A DNA stretch of 64,000 nt from Trichinella spiralis. Taxonomy: Eukaryota. This document shows, in pieces, positions 12,216 to 25,200 of this stretch. The DNA lies in NCBI RefSeq assembly GCF_000181795.1, contig NW_003526941.1, positions 10,875,751-10,939,750 on the forward strand, in the 5' to 3' direction. A program made the position numbers and the translations under genes. How positions within the stretch are numbered: the stretch's first letter is position 1; each line of letters begins with the position of its first letter. The notes beneath the pieces are model-generated. The model had not been told where the DNA came from. It ran no database searches and was given only the letters and a program-made list of their open reading frames with translations.

Positions 12216-15200
12216 CTACGATGAGATCGTCAAATTCTGGCAAGACGGTGCACCAGAAATTGTTTCAGAACAAGTATTTTCTTGTTCATCAATGTATTCT
12301 TGTTTGGTAAAATTCTGATGCCACTTTTCTGTAGCTTGAAAATATTTGTAAAATTTACATTTAGCATCGACCTAAATGAAAGTTCAAAAAATATACATTT
12401 AAATAAAAATTCCGTATAGTCACCCATGTAGATGATGTGAATAACATGATCAATTTGTATAACGCCACCAGTACAACTGGAAGAAGAGTTGAAAATGCAA
12501 TCACCCAGCCAAGTATTTCCGCCCAAAGCGGATATACGTAATTTCCGTATGTTGTTGTGCTGTACTGCAAAAAATTGAAAATCAAAACACCCTGAAAAAA
12601 AATAAACAGTTGAATTAATTCATGATTTTAAATTTCAATTTAAAATATCAAACATTACTATCAAACAAGCCGGAGTTAAAAATGCCCAACTCAGTTTGTA
12701 AAAGCCAGATGCAGGGTAGCCCAAAATTTTCCAAAATAATGACGGTGCTTTACCAAGCATTCTTTCGTACAAAGCGGCGTACTTTTTGACACCTCAACGT
12801 ATAAATAAATAAATAAAAAACTCCAGCGCAATTGACAAGAGCATTTTATTACAGTGCTATCATATTTTTACAGAACCAAAATAAAATAAACTGAGTTTTT
12901 CAAATCAACTAAACAACAGAAATAAATATGAATATAAAATATACGCTTACCAAATATGTAAGCCACGACGATAACCTCAATCAAACATTGCAATAGCAGT
13001 GGCCAACCACCTGCGAAAGTATCCAACAAATTCAAAATGTAAGGACCACCCTGGAATTTTGCAAAACAGCACTTAATTGTTGAAATCATTTCTGTTGAAG
13101 CAATTACAATACTCACATTTGTAACCATGATGAGTCCTATCAAGTAGGATACAGCACAAACAAAAGCAACAGTTGTCACTTTCCAACACGGTTGACGCAA
13201 AAAAGGCCACTGGTCAATAATCGCAGTAATGACAACTTGCACTTGAACAATCTGTTGCACATACAGATTGTTAATTTTAGAATGGACCTTTAATAAAACG
13301 GCAACCAGAATTATATACCTGAGTATCAATTGCCATTAAGATGACTGTAAAAAAGAACAAAGATGACCAGAGTTGTGAAACAGGAAGTGAAGATAAAGCG
13401 TACGGATATGCAACAAATAGCAGACCAGGACCACTTTCAGCAATCTGTTCTACTGTTGTGTCCAGCTGCCCAGATATGTATCCCAGAATGCTGAACACAA
13501 CTAAACCAGAAAGCAGACTGGTAAAGATATTTCCAATTGTAATGACCACGGTATCTCTGAAAAGAACAGTCAACTGGTTAATGAATTAAAATAATAATGC
13601 AGTTGAATTTTAGCTTGAAAATGTTTTTTATTGTGATCATTCGCAATAATATATAATTACCGTAAAATGTTGTTGTTTGTTGGACTGTAACTTGCCAACG
13701 TCGATAAACCACCTGCTCCAATACTCATAGAAAAGAACACCTGTATAGCAGCATCTCCCCATACCTGGTAAATTAGTGAGCGTAAATGAATTGTCGATGG
13801 ATTGAATTTTCGATTTGCTTACTTCTGAAGAGGTTAAACGACTGAAATCAGGGATAAGAAAAAATTCTATTCCTTTCATAGAATTTGTCAACAACAACCC
13901 TCGAATCAGCAGTACAAGCAACAAAATGTAAGGTACAGTTGCCAGCACGTATATAACCTACAAAAGCTCAAAAACAGTCAACACAAAACCACTCATAGAA
14001 GTGGAATTTTCCTATACCTTTCCGGCCGATTTGATCCCTCTTATAAGTATAGCGAAAACCATCACCCATGCTGCGAGTAGACATATCGACAAGTTGCCAT
14101 TCAAGGTTCCTATATTATCGATGCCGTCGCTGATTTGAAGCACTTCACGACTGTAAGTGTAGATCAAAAAATGAAAAGAAAAAAAATTGTTTTCAAATTT
14201 CACTCGCATAACAAAAGTGACTTGCTCAAAATATTCTTGCGATGGATTGGATCGGACTGTCGTGTTCCAATAATAAACAGAATTGTTTGCATTTCGGATA
14301 CCAATTGCCAAGTCCGATTCATTATGGCAACGCCCTCTCCAGTAAATTTGCTGTTCTTTGACGCATCTGTCGTAGACGGGTTTGTCGAAGCAAGCTTTAA
14401 ATATTCGACATTTATTACAAATATTAATCAAAATTTTATAACAAATCAAGAAAAAAAATTAATAAATAATTTCATCAGTTTTGGAAGATAAATATAAATT
14501 TCATTTCGTTACTTTTCTTTATATAGTAAGGTCATTTAAGAAAAGTCATCTATCATCATTTATGTGTACAGTTACAAATTTGAAAAGCAAATGACAGCTA
14601 AAACTGATAAAAAAGAACACAAAGCTATCTATTATTTTTCATGGAAAACATTAATTGGTTGCGGGGAAAATTGCATATTTAAACAAGTAGATTTGAAAAT
14701 TTGTTCAAGGCAAAAATACAAATTAAAAAATAAAATTGTTACTGTCAGTGTTCCACGAGTTGTAGCAGTGATTCCATGGAAGTTCTGCTGAGAAAGATGC
14801 GGTGAAATAGTAAATCGCCCAACAAAGGATGACATTATAATACAACGCAATCATAAATGAAGTCAACACCATCACATAGCCGAGACCTATTTCAAGGGGG
14901 TTAAAATAATAATTTCAGTATTTTCAATCATACTGACAAAAAATGAAACTAATATACCTGAAAAAAGTGGACAAAGAGCTTCGAACAATTGATGGGATGC
15001 AAGTGATGAATATTGGCCAAGACCAAGCTCTAGATAGGCCATTGGAGTTCCGGCGATGATGATGATAAAAATGAAGATCAGAAAGAATGCGGCTAAACAA
15101 GCATGTGGATAATTTTCTGGATTATTTGTGATTTATTTGTGCTTTTTGGCAATACCTCCTCCGTTTCGTCCACACAAGTAGGGAAATCGCCAAATGTTGC

Positions 15201-15303
15201 CCAAGCCGACCGCATATCCCAAACAGGAAAGCATGAACTCTGTCGCAGAGGCCCATTTATCTTTCTCATTTATGAATGTTTTCTTCTTTTGCTCATCTTT
15301 CAT
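12216..15303 (-). CDS. SLC6 sodium/chloride-dependent amino-acid (glycine/proline-like) transporter, multi-exon
   Basis: Exon 1 encodes MKDEQ...[34 protein letters not shown] (SNF signature, with the TM1 Gly of amino-acid transporters). Later motifs are [33 protein letters not shown] and [15 protein letters not shown]. The last exon 12371-12216 ends in TAG. Confidence 0.92.
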
Positions 15304-18289
15304 GCTTGATATACTGAAAATGATGCATTAAATTGAACAAATGCATACAAATATAAATAGTGATTGTTGTTAATGTAGCTTCTATTGAATTAGAAATGTA
15401 CAGAATACGACGATCATATTATCTATAAACCTGAATAAAATTCACCTAACAATGCTAACCTAACGTAAATACATGAATATTTATATAATATTTTCAAGTT
15501 AAAAATCAGGTTTATAAAAACTGCCCAACTGCAAACAACAGCGTATTGTTTTTCATAATTTCAGAAACTTCATCACAACCTATTATTTTCATTCCTCATC
15601 ACATTTTAGCTGATTACAGATCCAAAGTTGTGCCGATAAATAAATTTAATACAAAATTTATGCCAATCAAACCCTATCAAAGCAGAAAAAAAACAGTAAA
15701 CTGGATTTCAGTTAAGCTAACATTTGAAAAAAAATATAATGGAAAAAAAGAGAATGATAACCGGCAGCAATAATGACACGTAGCAGTTATTATGCAAATT
15801 CATCAAATGAATCCTTTCTCATCGACGCGTATCGATCCACACACGCAGATATAATGATAATAATATATACATTTATCATCTTTTGTAATTTGAAATGGTT
15901 TTGAAAATTTAAAATTTCATTTTCAATTTTCCATAACACTATCAATTATAAACTTACCAAACAATCTACAAACAAGTTGGCAATCAACAATGAATAAACA
16001 AACTAGTTGATCACAATTTTCATATTTTATTGCACTTGTAAAAAATATTAATACAAATAAAAATATTTCACTGATACATTGTCATTAATACCAATTCGAC
16101 AATGAAGATGAAAAGAAAATTTGTTTAAATTCTACACTAATTTTGTATGCAATTAAATTGTATTGCATTTCTTACTGGAAAATAAAATTGAATTCAACAC
16201 TTCAAGAATTATGTTGAGCTGAATTGAAACAAGTTTAGTGCTAATAAAGTTGACGAAACTGATGCTGAAATGGTGGATGAAGAAACGGTCGATCAAATCA
16301 GGAAATAAACTTTTATTTTTTTGACATTCAATATTTCAAGGAAAAATATTTCACACAATCCAAGTTTATGGTAATTTTTAAATTAAATTGCATCAACTGC
16401 CGCTGTTTACAAAGTTATAAATAAGAGTGTTGTTATGGGAAAAATAAATCAAGTCAAACCGTACAGATGACATTACTGAGGATTGCTTAGATTTATTGGA
16501 TGAACCTACTAGAAGAGGAATTCCATTTATTAATTAAGTTTATTCCATATTAAAGATAATTTTCAAATTCGATTTAAAAACTCACTTTCGCCTTCTAAAT
16601 TTATCAGTACGCTTCAGTTCGAATATTTAAACAGAATGTAAAATTTTAATTTATCAAAATCAAAATTAACTACTACTACTGATTCAAAAGTCAAAAGTAG
16701 CCTTCACAGAAACCTAATATCATGAGTTACAGCATAGAAATATTTATTAGTAGAATATAAAAGGAAAATTTCTAAGAATTCATATTAAAATTATCGAAAT
16801 TTACAATAAATAAATAGTAAAGAGTTTAGCAATATAAAATCATGAAATTAAATTAAAAAATTAACAATATACAATAAACAAATAAATGAATAATTAAAAG
16901 TTGCTTACTATCATTAATAATAAGTGTAAATTTGATTATGATAGTTTCGATCCAACCTTTAATAACTACAACTGCGGCACACACACAAGCAGATTTATCA
17001 ACTGCAGCAGCACGCATCAGATGAAGAAAACTCGTTCAGCTGCATACAGTGAAAAACGATAAAACATTTAAACAAAAGTTTACGTCCATTTAAACTTTAA
17101 ACAATTTTCATTTTAAAGTCAGTAATTTTAATCTTAGCAAGTTCAAAATAATTTTTTTGGTTCTAATTGTAAAATAATCTTTTAACAAAAAAAAGTATGT
17201 TTCATAAACTTCAAGTAAAATCAGTTGTCAAAATAAGTCGACGTATCTGATTTGAATGCAAATTGAAAAGAAACGAGCAAACACTTGAAAGCTTCTTACC
17301 TGAATGAAACTGTATAACGAACTAATGACGATAATAGCGAATTTTCAAAACGAGATCTACAAAACAAAAAACAAAATACAAATAGTTTATTAGATAGATG
17401 AAGCATACATTTCTATTTATACTGGGAGGCGTGAAATGTGGCGCAAAATGAAATTATATTTCTTCAATAATTAATAATAAGCAATATAAGAAAATTAAAA
17501 TCTCACACCACTGGCACATCAATAATGCGGAAAAGCAAATGAGTGCAATTTTCAACAAGCATAGTAGCATCTTGTTGATCAAAAACATGCTGCTGATTAA
17601 AATGTTTGCACACAAACTTAACAGTGAACACAAATCATAATATCAAACACAGCAATACGATAAATAATAAAATGCTGAAAATGAGCTTTATCTCTCCAAT
17701 ATAACAAAAGAATTGAATAAATGAATAAAATAAATTTAATAAAGCAATAATGCTTTCGAATAATCAATAATACAAACTGCTTGTTGTTGATAAAAATGTG
17801 ATATTTGAAATGTTGTAAATCTTTCAAATAAACATTCAATTTTGATATTTTTTTTCAAACACAAATAATCACACAAAACGGAAACAATCAAGTGATGATG
17901 TAAAGTTTGTATCTTTTCCGTTGTATAAGTATATTATTACAACCATTTTACTTTTAGATAAATACTCTCTCTCTGATAATATGCTAATTCATCGCATTAT
18001 CGAATAATGCCAATCATTATGCCATGACATTTTGTAGCATTATTTACAACGTGGAAAATTTACTTTCTTTATCGAACTGTTCACATGAATGAAGTTCATT
18101 CAAGGAAAACAATCATAAATTAATATTTTACAACTCAATCAAATAAATGCCGTAAACGTGGATTTATCATTATTTATTTACAAACATCTAATTTACTTAT
18201 CACTAATTACCTTTAGAAGTTATAATTGCTGAATGAATGCATTTTCAATTTTTCTCTTTTATTGCTCCATTCAATTAGCTCTGCCCATT

Positions 18290-18766
18290 TCATGCTTCAA
18301 AGTTCACCATCGATTGTTTAAACCACTGTTGCAAAGCGAGAAGTTTTGCCGTGGGTTTCAGATTATCTCGGTAAGCAGTGTTGAACCCGTCTCTAACCTG
18401 AAACGAATCGTTGCTAATTCTTCTTTTTTTCAAATCAGCATAATTTACGAGCAACTTTTCATTCTAAAAAATTTATACATCACAGAATAAATAATAAAAT
18501 GATCAAAAAACATCACTTCAAATCCGTAGCAAATAATTAATAATTGTCAAGCGAGATGCACTATTTGTGTGTGTGTGTGTGTGTGTGTGTCTGTTGTTAC
18601 TTATTGCAGTTCTAGGTAGATTGTAAATTTGCATAAATTACCATACTCATAGTGAGCTTGTATATAATTTGACTCGTGCAAAGAACAAACTGAAGAGAGA
18701 AAAAGATAAGAGGCATGTTTGTTTGCTTTATCAGCTAAAACGCACATTATTTCTGATTTGTAAATG

Positions 18767-18854
<88 letters not shown>

Positions 18855-19821
18855 TGTTATCATTAAGCTCGTCATCTTTCCACAAAGAGGCTACGCAGAT
18901 TGCTGAGACAGTTGAGGAGAAGAGAATGAAAAAAAATTCAAAAGAGGAAAAAATTAAATGATTCGTTCGTTCCACTCAAAGCTGAAGCTAGAAACCATGA
19001 AGCTCGTTCTCTTTTTTGAAAGACGAAGAGCCTATTTTTTTCTTCATTTAGCTTTTTCAGCTTTTTTTCTGCTTTCTCAGCAGCATCAACAATTTAAGTG
19101 CCACTCTTTTGGTTCTTGAATATTTCACAAACATGTAGCGCGCCGCATGAAAAAAATGGTAAAAGTAAAATTACCGTAATCCACTGGAAACTTGGGCGCG
19201 TGTAAAACACAACATTATGACATTATGATATGATGAGGATGAAAATTTAACAAAAAAAAGTCAGACATTCAAACAGTGTGATCAATTATTGTGTTGTGCT
19301 GAATAATTAAAAAAAAATCTCACCTCAAAAAAAATGAAATTGAGAAAAATACACCAAACGTGAAAGCAGAAGTCTTTCTTCTTGTTCGACGAAAGCTGCA
19401 CAAAGTAACGGATGGTTGCATTTTTGAGCAACAACAACAGCCTTGCGTCGAACAGGATGTTCTTCTTCCAAGCGTGCAACGCGCCCACGTACTCGCACAC
19501 GTCGGCCACTCGTTGGGGCTTTTGGAAAACCATCATTATGCAGTAGTCCAAAAAGAACGCGTACATTCGACCCAGAGAAGTCAACGTCTGCTTGAAGTGG
19601 TCACTTTCGTGCGGACTGGTCAAGCCGAGAGAGTGGAACCATTCGCCTTCGCTGTCCTCGACGTTGTAAATGACCGCCTCCATCGCTTTGTGACGACTGG
19701 ACAACGCAAGCCAGGATTTTTTCAACAACTTGTACTGCTTGTTGGTCATGACCAACGAACGTCCGGTGATTGGACTTTCGCTCTGTAAAATATTTCGCTT
19801 CTTCCTCCAACACGAGAACAT
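18290..19821 (-). CDS. Globin-domain protein, about 201 aa, two coding exons (19821-19324 and 18397-18290)
   Basis: A-helix MTNKQYKLLKKSW, proximal His in VGALHA, G-helix FDARLL and H-helix HVWCIFLNFIFFE|VRDGF. The donor GAG|gtgag and acceptor tttcag|GTT join in frame, and the protein ends FEA*. Confidence 0.8.
18566..18590. repeat. (TG)n microsatellite in the globin intron
   Basis: About 12 TG units. Confidence 0.95.
18768..18854. repeat. (AAT)29 microsatellite in the globin intron
   Basis: Perfect AAT run. It explains the poly-Y and poly-N ORFs in the track. Confidence 0.97.
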
Positions 19822-22290
19822 TCGTTATGCTATGCAAGTTTTGTAAATTTTTTTTTCAAATCTGAAAACCAACCCATTTCTGACAGACAAAAAAAAATAT
19901 ATATAACAATTCAAAAATATATACTCTCGAAACAGTGTGTGGAGAACGAGATCAGATTGATCAATGAATATTCAATTTTCACTTCCTTTCAGTCAGAGGT
20001 GAAGAATCTAACTGCAGCAATATTTACCAGCACAAGATGCAGATATATATATATATATGTATATATGATAAGGCTTCTTTTGAGAATATCGTGTTGACAT
20101 TTTGAATTGAATCATTTTACTTACGGCTTACTTTGAAAGAAGCACAACAACCAGTGCCTGCAAATTCTGTGCAACTGTTGATAATTCACTGTTGAACAAG
20201 TAATTCGATGTAATTTTACGACAGTAAGTGATATCACGTTGCAATTGCAGATCTACGGTTGAATGAATAAAATACAAAGCAGATAAATAAATAAATAAAT
20301 AAAAATTCCTGATCATAAGTTAACAATAAATAAGACAAGAACCTTCCCACTGATCGATCATTCATTCACTTTTGGCTATTAAAAATGACTGGAATAAAAC
20401 AAACACTGAAAAGCTCTACAGCTATGGACACTTTAGATAGCGGTGAAAAAGCAAAATTCGCAATTAGTTGTTCACCTGAAATTATACTATTTTTCATTTT
20501 ATATTCAACCAGTCACCAGCTAACTCACTGGGACAAAATACATGAAAATTTGCAATTAATGAACGTGAATTTCATTACTTACTTCACATTTCGAGTTAAG
20601 TGTAATTACAAATCAATAATTACAACAATAACATTGCATTTGTATAAATGAATCTTCTCCGCTGAACTCTCTATGCACAAAGCACAGTTGATCCGAATGA
20701 ACAGACTAGAAAAAAAAGAGAAGTATACAAATAAAAAAAACAACATATTTATTCTCATATTTCGAGATTTGTGTTGTTTACGTTCAAAAAAACAATTCTA
20801 GGTGAAAAAATGCACATCCGACAGCTCGATTCGAACAAATCCCACCAGCAGATTATAGCAAACACCAAAAATAACTGAAAAAACCAAATCCCAGGCTTTC
20901 ATTCATTCTTCAGAGTGGTCAGCATGGCAACATTGTCGACAATATTTCTCCATTACCACCTTTTTTCCAAAGCGAAATATGCGAATAAAAAGGTTTCACA
21001 AAAGCAAGAAAAAGAAGTTGCGTTTAACAAACTGCTGGTTTGGCTTGCTGTGATGGCGGACGCAACGACAACAACAATGGCAAAGCACAAAACAATTATA
21101 GCAAGAAGCAGATTTATGATGAATAATATCAAATTAGGATTGATTTCAGTAAAATAAAATAAAATAAAATAAAATAAAATATTGTCATCATAATACGGCA
21201 AAGGATAATTTTCCTTTCTTTCGACAAGCAGTGGGACAGAAGGCAGTAATGACAATTGCACTATACAAGATATATATAAAAATTAATTAGCTTGCCGAGC
21301 TCAGCTTTGCGTTCGCAGAATTATATTATTACTACACCAGCTGTTTAAATTAATAATTTTCATCCACAAATCCGTTGAGAACAGCTTTTCAGACCACTGG
21401 AGTCGTCGAAGAATAGCATATCATAAGAAAGAAAAAAAGAAAGAAAAAAAAGTAGCATGAAGCGCAAAGCAACAGCGAATAACATACAAACACTACACAT
21501 TAGGCTGCAGAACATTTTGCGAAACTTGGGAACTAAACCTAAACCTAAAACCGCACACTGAAATAAAAATAATGGTTAGAAAGTGACAAAAAATCAAAAC
21601 ATCATAACAGCTAATTTTGTAAAACTGAAACTAAAACCGAATCATCATCATCAAGCAAGCAGCACAAACAAAAAATACAGAATGTTTCGATGTTTTTTGC
21701 TTTGAATTCATCATCAAAATGAAAAAGAATTTTGATTTACAAAAATTAAAAATTTTTACAAAATCAAAAAATATAAAATACCAAAAATGAATGAATGACA
21801 CATGAAATTAGAAAAATTTTTTAACCGACCCAGTGGTATATGATAGTTAGTATAAAATGGTTAAACAGATGAGCCATATCGAAAATATGAATGATAACTA
21901 AAAAAAAGAAGCAATACGAGGAGGACTGATCAAAGCGAACGCGCTGTGCAACGACAAAACTGTAGTGAGAGACATCAGTGATAACGAATAATGATGTAAT
22001 AATAATAATAATGATAATAATAATTAGCAAGAAAACGGTAGACAGGAATAACGAATAATAAAATATAAATAATAATTGATGAAAAAAGAGGAAGAATGAA
22101 TATTGCTGTTGTTTGGAAACTTTCACGGATTCAGACAAATTAAATGCACAAAAATGATGCGTATATGTATAATAATAATAATAATAATAGATGTATACTT
22201 TTTTTTGAAAAAGACATGATCAAAAATGTAAAATCAGAATTGTCGCTCAGCTGGGTGAATAATAAATAATTTGCAGTTATTATATTTTTT

Positions 22291-25200
22291 TTATAAAGCT
22301 TGTTTCTTCTTCAACGTTCCGAAGAAACGCTTTTTCGCAGACGGCTGCTGCGCTGCCGGCAGTGTAGATGCTTTGCCACTGCTACTCGTCGACGTTTCCA
22401 AAATGCCCACTGCAGTTCTCAGTTGATGCAACCATCGCAGCATATCGTCCTGAAATGACAATAATATATATAATTGTAAATAGAGAAGATTAAGAAAGAA
22501 TAGTTTGTGAATTATTATAATTTCTTTTCTTTACAACAAACCTCATCCCTAGCTTGCAGCAGGTATTCAAAACCGGCTGGGGATCTCAAAGAGAGCACGT
22601 TGCGTCGCTTGGTATACGATGAAGCAATTTCCACGTTCCAACCGACCAAATTGATAGGCGTTTCACCACGATAAAGTTCCCCATCCTCCTGAAATTGTCA
22701 GAATGAAGCAACACTGTCTGTTGTCACCACACAGAAAAAATTAAAATTACTCGGTGCTTGTGGTCTTTGTAAAATTCAAGCTGACTGCCACGAATTACAC
22801 AGTACAATTTGTCCCAAGAGCGAATGGACGCTTTTCTATCCAACGTTTCCCAAGTATGCTTTCGGATCAAATGACCTTCGAAACCTTCGGCGCTTTCCGT
22901 TCCTGCACAAGAGAAGAAGCATTAAATTTAAATAAATTCATCAATACAACAAAGCTGAACAAGAAAAAAAGAAGGCAGAACAACAACTCCCAAAATTTGC
23001 ATTAAAAAAATGGAAAATATTGAGATTCCAATGAAAAAAAATTCATTTTTGCTTCGGCAAACAGACGCGCCATAATCTTACCGACGGAATCATTTGCATC
23101 AAAATATTTGCTTCGAGACAAACTTATACGCCAACCGGGACTTTCTGAAGAATGCAGTTGCCTGCGCCTTTCTAACAAGAAGAAAAAAAACAAGGATCGA
23201 TGAAAACAAAGAAAACGGCAAAAAAAAACAACAACAGCGAATCTCTGGTTCGTTGCCCGCACCGTTGTGTTATGCTAATGTGCAAAAAATAAAATCCGAA
23301 TCCAACAATAATTATTTATCAGATGATGAAGAACATATATCAAAAGTCGTGCATTCCATTCTCTGATGATTGTTTGCTTTACCCATTTCATAACTTTGTT
23401 CAAGTGATTTCACGCAATTTTTTTGAAAATAAAAAAACATGTATGCCCATCAATAAAAAAAAACAAATTATTCCTCCAAGAGCAATTTGATACAAGCAAA
23501 TTCATCTTACGATTAAAAAAAAAGTTAATGAAGATAAAGAAAATGCAAAATGCATATACGGTGCAATAAAAAAAAGCCCTTAAATTCGATTTACGCACTG
23601 AAAAAAAAAAAATATATATCTGTTCTGAAAAGCATCCATTGCAAAAAAAAAAGAAAATAAATACACTGCCTTTCATTGTCCCAGTCATCCAGTGCACGCA
23701 GGCATAAATAGTAGAAGAAGAAGAAAAGAAAAAATGTGACTTATTCAAGCAAATATGTACATATAGATGAAAAAAAATGTGCACCTCCTTCATGACATGA
23801 CACCTCGTAAAAATATCTTGAACCAGTAAAAAATAAGAGAAAAGCTTACCTTCGTCCACGCCCAAAGTGGTTTCAGTTCGGCCGCCACTTTCGGCTGGAA
23901 AAGTAGTTTCCAACCTGAATTGGAAAAAAGAATACATATTTCATTAAAAAAAATTAATATTATTAAAATAAAATTTCCATCACTTTTCCGGTGATCGAGT
24001 TGGAGTTGATGTGCGCGGTGAACCGGTTCGTCGCAGTCTTTCCTGCTCATCTTGTCGTCGTTGTAATTCTTTCAGCTCAAACTATAAAATTAATTAACAT
24101 ATTAGACAATTGAAAAGAAGAAAAGGATCATTTTCAACCGTATATGCTAATTTTGTGTAAATCAGATTAACAACAGCACAAAAAAAACAGTCAGCAAGTC
24201 AGTCATACATATACCACTACACACATATACATACAACAACACAGTTAGTTGAACAAAATCGAAAACTGTATAAGCAAACAAAACGAAAGCCAACACAAGC
24301 TCAAAGCACAAAGCAACAACAATCGCGATTGCGCACAAGGATTATTTGCTGATGTCCGATGTGTTAATTTCAGTTCTCGTTGATGTTATTATTAATTTTT
24401 TTTCACTATTTGTTGCACTACAAACGAACGGTTAATCTGTTCTGTGCACCAACCAACGCATGTCTGCTAGCTAGCTGCGTCCGGTTCCAAATCAATTATT
24501 ATTCATCAAAATGAAGCACAACGTTGTGTGCACACATTAGATCTTCTCCTCCTGCTGTAGAGAAGGAAGAAGGGGAGGAGCAGTTTTTTATTTTTATTTT
24601 TAAATAACAATACCATTTCCGATTCCATAGCTTCCATGAAGCGTAACCCATACTGAGCCATGTCAGCCAGAGCCAGCCGATTGCCCATACGAAGCCACAT
24701 GAGATATTCTTGAGCGCGTAATTCGAGCTTCAAAAATACAAGCAAAAAAACAGGGCAGTAGTAGAGCAGCAGCACATCATTCCTTCTTGCTTGTTTGCAT
24801 ATATTGTTTTTTTTTTTACGTTTTGGGATAAGCAAAGACAACAACAATAGCAGAAGCAGCAGTTAACATAAATGATAATAAATAAAAAGCGGCAGCGGAA
24901 TGAAAAAATAAACTGAACTGAACTGAACTGAACTGAACTACGCCTAGAAAATGAACAAAAAATAAAATACCGTGGTGAGCTTTTCCAATGCTTGGAAGCG
25001 TTCTTCCTGTGCTATGGTGGATTTTTCAAAAGCTTCATGTTTTTTTATCAACTTTACAACTTCTTCCAATGTACGCTAAAACGACGAATGTTGTACATGA
25101 CAATAAGACAGATATGCACAACAAATTGTACATACCCCATATTCTTTGGATAACAAATATGGCTCTTGGGCCAGCAACCATGCGTCGGCAACGGCCGCAT

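Noticed and set aside
18601..18975. Poly-Tyr and poly-Asn ORFs
   Set aside because: They are translations of the intronic (AAT)29 microsatellite.
19360..19788. 142-aa + strand ORF
   Set aside because: It is the antisense shadow of globin exon 1.
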